Of a DNA stretch of 64,000 nucleotides, positions 15,701-27,700 are shown piece after piece. This DNA comes from Octopus sinensis. Its lineage: Eukaryota. Location: NCBI RefSeq assembly GCF_006345805.1, contig NC_042997.1:162130001-162194000 (forward strand). The letters are read 5' to 3'. The notes beneath the pieces are model-generated. The model had not been told where the DNA came from and searched no databases. It was given only the letters and a program-made list of their open reading frames with translations. How positions within the stretch are numbered: the first letter of the stretch is position 1; each line of letters begins with the position of its first letter. The position numbers and the translations under genes are program-made.

Positions 15701-18700
15701 AAATTTCACAGTTTTACTGGAAATTATTTCACTGAACTAGTAAGAAAAACTCAATTGACCGTGATAGGGTTTCAGCTTAAGTGTGTTAGCTACTAAGTGA
15801 TGCTTAGTATAGTTAGATACTTTTCTGTTTGTGCTATATTGAAAGACCAGCCAGTTTAAAAAGCAGTTCTTTTCTGAGTTCAGCATGAATATTGTGATGT
15901 TATGGCTTATTTCATTGAGTTAAATGTTGATTGTGAATATGTAATTTTTATCGCTTTTACTTTCAGGCTTACGAGAAGGGAATTGCATTGTTTAAATGGC
16001 CTAACGTTTATGATATATGGAATACATATTTAACAAAGTTTATTGAAAGATATGTAAGTAGAATTCATTCATTTGGTGTATAAATTCTATTTGGATATGA
16101 AAAATATATTCAGACTTAAACAGTTTTCTGTTGATGTATTTTCAATTGCTTGAGAAATAATTAGCAAAGCAAAACCTAAGAGAATATGCAATATAGATGT
16201 GACTTTTGTGTGGAAAATTGTCTAGATAATTCATATAGTATTTTGTGTGGCTCACATAACATGTTGCTTTTCTACTTTTTAACAAAATAACTCATATTTT
16301 CCATATTGGGGTAGCAAAGCATAATGTGAAAGTTTGAATCCAGATAATGTCCCATATTGTGTGTGTGTGTGTAATGGATTTCTGTTTTTCTCCTATTATC
16401 ACTCAATTTTCAATGTAAGTGAAGGTCCAGAGCTAGTTGAAATTATAATTGCTTGCTAGAATAATTTATCCACCACAGATACTGATTCTAACCATAGCAA
16501 AACATCACCATCTTGAATGAACTTCCCAAATTAAAAACCTTTAAATGTCATATTTTTAGATTAAAATGTATATTGTTACATTTTTTTATTTGCTTTTCTA
16601 CAGGGTGGTAAAAAACTTGAGCGGGCTCGTGATCTTTTTGAGCAATGTCTAGAAGGATGCCCACCTAAATATGCTAAAGGTAAGCTTTTGCCATTGTACT
16701 TTATAGTAAAAAAATTTTAATCGGCTATCTTATTTTTGTTTGCTTCAAGTATGTCTTAAATAGAATAACAAATGTTTCACAAATATTCATGGATTATTTT
16801 ATTCAATATACAAGATTTCATATGAAACTGTTTTGCTATTACATGGTATTGAACCTTGGATGGGGCATTATGCCAATAATAATAAACATACGCACTGGTT
16901 CAGTCCTTTATTGTTATTGTTAGTTATTCCGTTAACCAAGTTATCGATCAGCTGTTTTTTACTAGTTTTTCAAACTCATATGTTAAACACTTTGGTCAAA
17001 CAGTTAATCGTTCAAATGTTCAGTATTGTTCGTGTTGTCATTTCTTTTTTTGTCAAATAATTATTTCATTGCATTGTTGCAATCTCTACTTCCATTTCTT
17101 TTGAACCTATGTTCCAACATTGGGATTCATCCAAGATCTATATAAGTGTGTGTTTATACGTAAGTGTGGGCATCCATGTGTGTGTGTTTTAGATACTGAC
17201 TATGTCATTTTTCATATACATAAGATAGCGGCTTTGGATTTCTCTTTGTCTTTTTCACAAACACACATGTTCATCCATATAACATTTCTTTCAAAGACAG
17301 TTAACTGTCTTCTTTGTTTGATAAATGTTGCAAACGAATTTTGCAAACCAAATACAAATATGAACTATTACATGGTAGTTATAATACTTATCATAATGAG
17401 TGGTACATAACTAAAAAATTTTATCTACTTGCTTATGCAGTTAAATAGTTTTACATAATTTAATTGCTGCAATTCTTTTTAGGAAACATAAATTAACAGT
17501 CCATTTATTACATTATTAAACCATTTTGGCTTCTTTAGTTTTGTATTATACTCTAATTTTTTGCAAATATAATAGACGTGTGCCGGTGCTGCAAAAAAAG
17601 CACCCAGTACACTCTGTAAAGTGGTTGGTGTTAGGAATGACATCCAACTGTAGAAACCATGTCAAAACAGACGTGGATCTTGAACAGCCCTTCAGCTGGC
17701 CAGCTTCTATTAAATTGTCCAACCTGTGCCAGGATAGAAAATGGACATTAAATGATCATCATAATAATAATAACAACTAACGATATTATGAAACTTTCAA
17801 TTCTTACAGATATCATATTGTGATAGGCACAGATATCATATACTGCTCACTCTAATTTTCCCTGCCTGTACAAAGTAGATTCCACACAATGTAGTGGTTA
17901 ACTAGGAAAGATATTAAGCTATAAAAATAATTATTCTAATGGAAACAATACTTCACTAAGTAAAATTAAACTAAAATCATTCTTTCATTAGAAAGTTTAT
18001 TGTTATGATTCAGCTCATTTGAAATTAAACATACTGCACTGTAAATTAAATATACATATTCTCTACTTTCTCAAAAGTATTTTGTTGACACATTCTATGA
18101 GAAATAATCTTTATTTGTTAGTAATTGCATTTTTTTTCATGTAATGATAGATTATAATGAATTTGTTTGTGTTACACTGCTTATAAACACTGAAGTTAAA
18201 CTTCAGAGATAAAGTCATTCCTACAATCTCAGTTATTATTTAAAAACCTTTTTCTTTTTTTTGTTCCCAGCTATTTATTTGCTCTACTCTAAATTAGAAG
18301 AAGAACATGGCCTTGCTCGCCATGCAATGAAGGTGTATGACAGAGCAATTGAAGGTGTACTTGAAGAAGAAAAACATGAGGTTTGAAATTTTTTTAACTT
18401 ACCAAAATGACTTATTTTTCCTTTCTGATAATTATTGATTTCTTAAAATGAATAATTCCAACTTTAACTAGTGATCTAACAATTACAAATGAACTTAACT
18501 TAACAAGAATTTGGTTAATTTTTGTCATGTTTTTCTCAAAATTTTAAAATATATTTATATATATATATATATATGTATATATAATCTTACTCCATATTAT
18601 TTTTGCACAGATGTTCAACATTTACCTCAAGAAAGCAGCTGAAATTTATGGTGTGACTCACACTCGAAGTATCTATGAGAAAGCTATTGAAATATTACCT

Positions 18701-21700
18701 GATATTCAATCCCGGTATGCCTCATTCTTTCATAGATTAAACTATTGATTTAAATTCTTCTGTGCATTATTTTTCCTATTGTTTCTTCCAAAATAATGCT
18801 TCCTAGGGAAGCATTATACTGTTCTGTCTTCATTGCATTTTCTTTTCACTTTTTTTACCCATGTACAATACCTGGGAAGCTTGTGTTGTGCATTATCACG
18901 TAGTCATGTGTTCAAATTTTACCTCATCTATTGAAGCAAACCTCTAGGCAAGATAACATTGCTGTCCTTTCTTCTGTCTATTTTACTATGAAAAATAAAT
19001 ATCTGTTTCATGATTGAACAGTTAGTAACTGAAAAATTATTCATGTGTGTAAAATAAAAAGTATCTTCTCTTTTCCTTTTTTTTCCCCTTTTTTTAAGAA
19101 TATCTTACTGGTATCCAAAACATTAAACTACATGGCTGCTATTTTCTATTATTTATGACATATCTTTTTCAATTTTTCATCAGAGAAATGTGTCTAAGAT
19201 TTGCTGACTTAGAGCGAAAACTTGGGGAAATAGATCGTGCCAGAGCTATTTATGGTCACTGTTCTCAAATGTGTGATCCTAGAGTAAGTATTTGAAACAG
19301 TTGTAATTTACTTTTATTTTGCATTTTATACTATTTGTGGCAGTTTTCTTCTGAGATTCAATAATAAATATGATGATTAAAAATTAAGCCTGTTTATCAT
19401 GTTGGCTGGTGGTTGGAAGGTTTGCATATGCAGAAGTATGATGAAGCCACCTCTTGAATTTTTTTTTTTTATAGTGATGTAAAATGAAATACATATCAGG
19501 AATAAACTGTGAAATTTGTTGATTATTAAATTCAACACACAGTTTAGTAAGACAAATTTTAGGATTAGAATGAATTAAAAATAGAAAATGAATTGAGAGA
19601 ATTCTCAAGCATAGACAATGGATGTTAAATGATGATGATGATGATTTGGGGTATTTAGGATTTTGAGTTTGAAAACAATTTTAGTTATGTTTAAATATAT
19701 TAATTTTTGTGCATGAAAGACTGGAAAAGAGGGACATGATATTTACATGTGCTCAAAAGGGGTATGATGAAGCAGTTGTCTTATGAGTTCTCTTCATGAG
19801 TGTCTAAAATCAAATATATTAAAATCAGAAAAATAATCTATTAACCTACTCTTTCAGCTTCTTATTGAATTTCATAAAAAAAATTTCATCTTAAATTTGA
19901 ATTTTCATATTGGAATAGTGCAGTTGATAGTTTTTGCTCAAAACCCTTCTTAAGATATTATTATTTGTTATTAAGGCTGCAAGCTGGCAGAATCATTAGC
20001 ATGCTGGACAAAATGCTGCTAAGCATTTTGTCCATCTTTGTGTTTTGAGTTCAAATGTCACCAAGCTTGACTTTGCCTTTGCTCCTTTCAGGGACAATAA
20101 AATAAGCACCACTTGAGCATGGGATTGATGTAATTAACTAATTACCTCCCTCAAAAATTTCAGGTCTTCTACCTATAACAGAAAGGATTGTCACCATCAT
20201 CAAATAATTCCAATTTTTCTAATCCAAAAACACAGTTTGCAGAAAAAGTTTTTACACAAGTCATGAGAATGCTTGTGTTGTAATTCTCATCTCACAGATA
20301 AAATGAAACAAAATCAAAACATAGAACGTTGTTTCAAACTCATCAGTCTTTTCTAGACCAAGATAGACATCAGAACGGCAATGATGGTGTTTTACATGAT
20401 TAAACCTGAAAGTTTTGAAGTACTTTTTAATGCAACATATATTTTCACAAAAAATTAATTTTGGATTCTTAACTAAATATTTGAATAAAGTTGTATAATC
20501 ACAGTTGACTTTTATTCTATTACACAGATTACGCCAGACTTCTGGAAAACCTGGAAAGAGTTTGAGATTAAGCATGGCAATGAAGATACTGTGCGTGAAA
20601 TGTTACGAATCAAGAGAAGTGTACAAGCAACTTATAACACACAGGTATGTCAAATTGAAGATTTTATTTCACACTTGATTTAATTTTTTTATTGTTGTTC
20701 AATTTTCTGTAAACCATTTTTTTCTTTCCTTTTTCATTATGTTTAATTTTAATTTATCTTGTTTTCTTAGCATCAGCTTTTAAGTTTGAAATACTAAAAG
20801 AATTCTTTAAAGCTTTGTGGCATCTGAAAACCTGTAATGATTTCTTCATGAATTTTTGAAAAGCCTTATGATTTTTAAAGAAAATTTAGAATTATGGTAT
20901 TTACTTATCTCACAATAAATTAATACAGTTTAGCAAATCCATATGATCCAAATATCCAAATATGAATACCAGATTTTATTCTTACCTAGTCACTCCCACT
21001 TATGGCCAGCACATTATTAATTAATAAAATTTATTTCTAAAATCTAAATAACTGATAAATAAACAATAGGCTGTAAATTGGTGGTTTAAATGCTGGCATA
21101 AATAGAAGAGTTAGAAAACTTGAGTAGTTGTTTATTTCTGATGTTTTTGTATTTCACAGCCAGAGTAAATATGTTTATGAAACATGGATTTGATTCCATA
21201 TATCTATTCATAGCCTTTGCTATACTAATATGCACAGTTATTAATCCCTGGTTGGTCACCTTGCTCTATTATATGAATGAAGTTCTACTACTCAAAAGTT
21301 TGTTTACATTTTTAATAAGCAGTTACAGGCTACTTTCTTTTTTAAGCAATTTTAAAGAGACATTTGAATCTTAAAAAAGATGCTATTTGATTTAGTCCTT
21401 AGTCCAAGCTGTTTGATACTCTGTTGTTTAACTGTAAGGCTTCATTTCATATCAAGATTAAAATGTATATTTATTAGAGATTATTGGGTTTCATACTATG
21501 TACAAGGAGTTGCTGAAAAGTTCCTGGCTTTGGGTAAAAGAAAATACAGGAGGATCAATTAATTATGGTTTTATTCAACATATTCCCCTCTCAGATTCAC
21601 ACACCTACTGCAGCAGTCCTTCAGTTTTTCTAAGTCCTGTAGAAAGAACTCAGAAGGTTGGGCCTCCAACCAGGCCTCTGTAGCAGCAATCACTTCCAAA

Positions 21701-24700
21701 TCAGAGTGAAATTTCATTCCATTGTGATATTTCTTCAGTTGTGGAAAGAGGTGATAGTTGGAGGGGACCAAGTCAGGAGAGTAAAGTGGGTGATCAACAA
21801 ATTCAAAGCCAAAACCGCATATTTTCCATGGAGTTTCATGTGCTGGGTGTACTGGTGCGAAAACAAGACACCACAGCTCAACTTCCCACAGCATTTCTGC
21901 TTCAAAGCTTCACACAGTTCATCCAACAGGAACATGTAGCATTCTGCGTTGATGGTGCAAGCTTTTGGCAGGTATTTTATGATGAGTACTCCATCTTTGT
22001 CCCAGGACACTGAAGCCAGAATCTTTCTAGAAAGAGGGTAAAAATTTAAAAGGAAAAGACTGACTGCATATGTAATCTTAATTCTGTTAAACATAAGTGA
22101 GTATGATGAAGGTGAAATCAGGTATTCAACAAATAAATTTGTAAGCGTTAATCATAAAATCTTCATATATGGCATTAGGAAGGACATTCAGTCATAGAAA
22201 CCAAACTGATATTGGAGCTTGCTGTAGTCCTGCCACTTCTCCAATCCTGTCAAACCATCCATCCCATGTCAGTATGGAAAATGGACATTACATGATGATG
22301 ATTTTTTTTTACATAATTTATATAAATGACAGGTAGTGGATTGGCAGAAACAGTATCCAAGGATTTACTTTTACCTATGTTCTGAATTCAAATGTTCTTC
22401 ACATTTTTGTCATCAATAAAATACATTCCAGCAAAATATGTATTAGAGTCATTTCAATCAACTAAACACCATCTTTATAAATTTGTGACTTTGAAATCAT
22501 ATAAAATATGAAAAACTTCAATATTTTCTATTTTTACATTTTTAGGTTAATTTCATGTCTGCTCAAATGCTAGCTGCCACAAATACAAAAGGAGATGAAC
22601 CAAACACTGGTAAATTTTGTCATCTTATCCTTTTTCCTTTCTTAACAATTAACTTATTTGTGAGCTTATTTAACAAGTTACAAAATATCTTATTTAAGCT
22701 TAAGTAAAAATTGGAACCTGTGATCTCAAATTTTCTTTATTTACTTTCTAGCTTCATACACACTCCAAAGACAGTTTCGTCACATACCTTCATTTTCATT
22801 CTAATACTATGTTCTTTGGTTTGATTCCATGAGTAAAACACTCAAAGTAATCAATTCCCATAGAAAATACCATCACCTGTACAGTAGGTTCTTAATATTT
22901 CATTGCATACATTTCCAATGGTTTAATAAAACTAAAAATACATTATATTGATAAAAGTATGAAATATATTAAGTGACAAAATATTCAGCACATAACAAAA
23001 ATTAAAATGTAAAGTATGTACTTTAATTTTTGCTCTGCATTTTAAGTTGTTGTCTAGTTTGTTAATAAGATAGAAATTAACATGTGTAGCTTAAAAATAT
23101 GACTTGTTTCTTCTCCACAAAAAACTTAATAAACTGCAACTTTTGATAGTTACTCATATCACAAAATATTTTTTTATTATTATTTTCAATTGGCACAATG
23201 ATTGTATAGGGGGTTCTTTTATTCCTGTGTTTTTAAGGGTACGGCAACCTGCAACCTCTCTTGCATAATAAAATGCATCGCATTAACATTGTAGTATTAC
23301 AGAAACCATGCCAAAATAAAAAATAAGGTGTGACCTCCTGGTTTGTCTAGGGAGACAGCAACTCCAAATAAGAACTCAGATCATAACAATCCATCTAACT
23401 CATGCGATCTTGGAAAGCAAATGTAAAACGATGGGTTGTTGTTGTTTAAAGATATGGAATATTGACTCCAAAGTCATCAGTTCAGATTTTCAAAAGACAT
23501 TGTGTTAAGCTTGTAACCAAGGTAGCTTCTTTGCCAAATAGTCTTCTATGTGTTTGCTTCAGCCAACAAGGAACTTTCTAAAAAGTAATTTAACTTGCTA
23601 GAATTACTAACCAAATCTCCTTCAGATTCTGCCCATCTTAAAAAACAGGCAAGACTCATTGGATAATGCAGTCCTAGGCTTATTATACCTGATAAAAAAA
23701 CAGATGAGATGGTCACAGTTGGATCATCTTTGATCATTGATCTGCTTTTTCAATGTTGACCAGGAGCAAAATAACAATTTTGCTTGGTCCAGTTTATCTA
23801 TGATCAAAAAGAAAAAAAAACTCCACTCCTATATGACAGCTGAGAGGATAGGTATCCAGCTAAAGAAACTATTGTTTCAACAAATAAACGATTCCACCCA
23901 TGCAGGTAAAATTAAAGGAATTTAAATTAAAACAAATATAATCTAAAACTATTAATTACATTGATAGCATTATTTCTTACACCATGACTTTGTATATTTT
24001 ACATTTTTTAAATATTTTATGACTATATTTTATGTTTTGTTTATAATAATTTACCAATGAAGAAGTAAATGAAATGAAGAAACTTGAAGAGAAGGCCCGT
24101 CAACTCGCTGAAGAGGCTGTCTCAGACCAGATCAAACCAGACAAAGGAATCTTGTTTGTGAGGTAAGCTTTGTCATTCTATATTTGCCTGTTTTGTTCTG
24201 TGTCTTGTGTTTTGTAGATATAGTATATTTTCTCCTTTCAATTTTTAATGTTTATTTTAGTGGGTAATGACAAATTTTTAAGTTTGCTTGACATTTTATT
24301 AGTATGAAAGGGACTAAAATTTCATCTTCTCTTTTCTTCATAATTGGAGCGGATCGTATGTTTTTGGAGTAGTTGTTACTTAATAGATTGTTACTTAGCT
24401 TGATCATTTCTTCATGGTTGGTATCACAATCACTACTTATATTCTTTGCTTGATAAGCGAAAAATGATAAGTTGGAAAACTTTAAATCTTTTTTCCTAAA
24501 ATAGAATAAACAGAATAGGGGTAGCAAGTGGTGGTGCTGCAGCGCAGTCGTGAGTGGTATGGTGGGGAGCCTCTTCTTCCATGTGAGTCACACAGACACA
24601 GCCGTAGCCGCACAACGACGATGACGCCACCACCACGGATAATAACATCAAAACATACCTTAGGAATGAGAACCCAGGTTCAAAATTTCCTCAAGACACC

Positions 24701-27700
24701 TGATGAAGGCTGGAGGGTATATCAGCTGAAATGTGTTAACAACAAACAAAATGAGGACAAATATCTGTCAGATGTAAATAATGAATCAGAATTCTGTTCA
24801 CATAATTAGTTTGATCGGTCAAAGTTTATTATAAACAACACAAACACTTTGTAATTTAATAGCTTTCAATGTGATACCTGTTAAACAGAAATTATTTTTA
24901 TTTAAGGAAAATTTAATAAAATCTAATTGTAAGTGAAATTATGCTAAATACAACTGAATTGAAAACCTTTTCTTCTTTTGGGTGCAAATTTTACATGAGT
25001 AGAAGCTTTTTTTAACAATTTTTATCCTGAAAATCACCTGCGTGAATTACACAGGTGCACAAATTACATGGGTTTTTACGATAAGTGAAAAACTATAAGT
25101 TGAAAAACTTTAAATCTCTTTTCCTGAAGTAGAATAAACAGAATCTATGATACTACTTCCAATTCTTAAACAAAAACTTTTTCAACTGAATGTCCTATCA
25201 ATGATACATAACACTTACATAAATACAATTTTTAAACATTTTATCAACTAGCAAGAGGAAATATCATCATTTAGCATCCTCTTTCCATGCTAGCATGTGT
25301 TATTTCTGTTTAATTACTTGGCTGTGAAGTTCTCAAAAAAAAGTATTTTTATCCTCAGTAAAAGAATAATTTATTCACATTAACAGGAGCAACACTACAG
25401 ATGAAGACTTGGGAGAATATACCAAGACAACGAATCCTGATGAAATTAATATTGATGATGACTTTGATACTGATGAAGATGAAGAAATTGAAGGTTCAGT
25501 AGCTAATTTTTCATTTTCTAGTTTTATTAAAAAAATCTATATTGATTCTGTTTTCATATACAGACCATGAAATGTCACCATAATTATCTAATTTAATTTG
25601 TATGTTGTTCAGTGGCATCAATTTAATATATTAACCCTTTAACATTCAAACTGGCCATATTCTACCAGTTTTATGTTCAAATTGGCCCCATCCTACTGCT
25701 CACATTTACCCTACAGTGTCATTCTAAAAAATAAACTATCATGTCATCAAAATCTTGAAGCTACAAGATAATGCATGATTAATTCAAAGCTGTGTGAATA
25801 AATAAGCATAACATTTGAAAGAATAATTTGAATGCTAAAAGGTTAAATTAAATAAACTTGGAGAAGTTACTGACTTCATTGACAATTAACAGGTCTGAAT
25901 CTAAATAGTGCCTGGGATGATAAAATTATTTTCAAGGAACAGCATTTTTGTTTTTACTTGGTCATAATTTTGTATATATGTGTGTGTGTGTATACACACA
26001 CACATGCATACATATATATGTAAATGCATCTTTGAATTAATATTATAGAACTGGAGGAGAAGTTTCAGGTGTGGAAACAAGGATTAGAATCGAAGGGCCT
26101 CAGAGTCAATCTAGCTAAAACCAAAGTCGTAATCAGTAGGAAGGTAGACAAATCACAAACACCTTCAGGTAGATGGCCCTGCTCGATCTGTAGAAAAGGT
26201 GTAGGTAGAAACTCTATAAGATGCACCAAGTGTAAGCTATGGACACATAAGAGATGCAGCAATGTCAAAGGAAGGCTAACTAGGAAGATGGTTTTTGTAT
26301 GTGGCAGATGCTCAGGAACAATAAACACTGAAAATGCTCTGAGACCAACTTCCGTCACTTTCCAGGGAGAAAAACTAGAAATAGTTGATAGTTTCCGTTA
26401 CCTAGGTGACCAAGTCAGCAGCGGGGGCGGGTGTGCTGAAAGTGTAACTGCTAGAGTAAGAATAGCTTGGGCAAAGTTCAGAGAGCTCTTACCTCTGCTG
26501 GTAACAAAAGGCCTCTCGCACAGAGTGAAAGGCAGACTGTATGATGCGTGTGTACGAACAGCCATGCTACATGGCAGTGAAACATGGGCCGTGACTGCTG
26601 AGGATATGCGTAAGCTCGCTAGAAATGAAGCCAGTATGCTCCGATGGATGTGTAATGCCGGTAGTTGAAAGAAAAGTTGGACCTAAGAAGCATCAGTTGT
26701 GGTGTGCAAGAGAGACGTTTGCGCTGGTATGGTCATGTGGCGAGAATGGATGAAGATAGTTGTGTGAAAAAGTGCCACACCCTAGCGGTTGAGGGAACCT
26801 GTGGAAGAGGCAGACCCAGGAAAACCTGGGACGAGGTGGTGAAGCACGACCTTCGAACTTTAGGTCTCACTGAGGAAATGACTAGAGACCGAGACCTCTG
26901 GAAGTGTGCTGTGCGCGAGAAGACCCAGCAGGACAAGTGAGTCCATAACCCGTGGCCTTCTACATGGGATGGAGCCAGCCTACGTATGCATACCTTCCCT
27001 TCTTGGGACACAAAACTCTACTTGTGAAGACATGATGAGGCAAGTGAGGATCAAAATCGAAATCGATCAATGGAAATTGCGGATGTGCTACCAGTGCCGG
27101 TGGCATGTCAAAACTCTGCTTGTGAAGACCCGTTGAGGCAAGTGACGATCAGAATCGAAATCGATCAATGGAAATTGCAGATGTGTTACCAGTGCCGGTG
27201 GCATGTAAGAGAACTTTCCGTTTCGCGACCGTTGCCAGCACCGCCCCGTTTCGTGTCCGTTGCCAGCCTCGCCTGGCCCTCGTGCCGGTGGCACATAAAA
27301 AGCACCATCCGTTCGTGGCTGTTTGCCAGCTCTGTCTGGCACCAGTGCGGGTGGCACGTAAAAAGCACCCACTACACTCACGGAGTGGTTGGCGTTAGGA
27401 AGGGCATCCAGCCGTAGAAACACTGCCAGATTTGACTGGGCCTGATGAAGCCTTCTGGCTTCACAGACCCCAGTAGAACCGTCCAACCCATGCTAGCATG
27501 GAAAACGGACGCTAAACGATGATGATGATGATGATGATTATAGTCCTGTTGTATGTAGTTGTTGTGGACACAACCTGTTGTTGCTGTATAATTAATGCAT
27601 TACTCTGGGGGTTTTTTTTTGGGGTCCACCAGGGTTCAGTACTCAGCCCCCTCCTATTTATCATAGTACTCCAGGCAATTACGGAGGAATTCAAGACAGG

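Noticed and set aside
22610-24062. Possible U12-type intron suggested by the atypical acceptor of exon 17
   Set aside because: The donor is gtaaat, not GTATCCTT/ATATCCTT, and there is no TCCTTAAC branch site.
25494-25600. 35-codon read-through past the weak exon 18 donor as an alternative XAB2 C-terminus
   Set aside because: No conservation evidence and no clear nearby poly(A) signal; the canonical terminal exon with VPAEVFGSL is present.
27440-27470. CTGATGA followed by a hairpin (AGCC-TTCT-GGCT) in an RTE tail
   Set aside because: No GAAA after the stem, and other copies read CTGGTGC; not a hammerhead.
27519-27620. MMMMMM...hydrophobic N-terminus of the 385-aa ORF, resembling a signal peptide
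   Set aside because: Chance in-frame fusion of the (GAT)n tail of RTE copy 1 and intron sequence to the truncated RT of copy 2.
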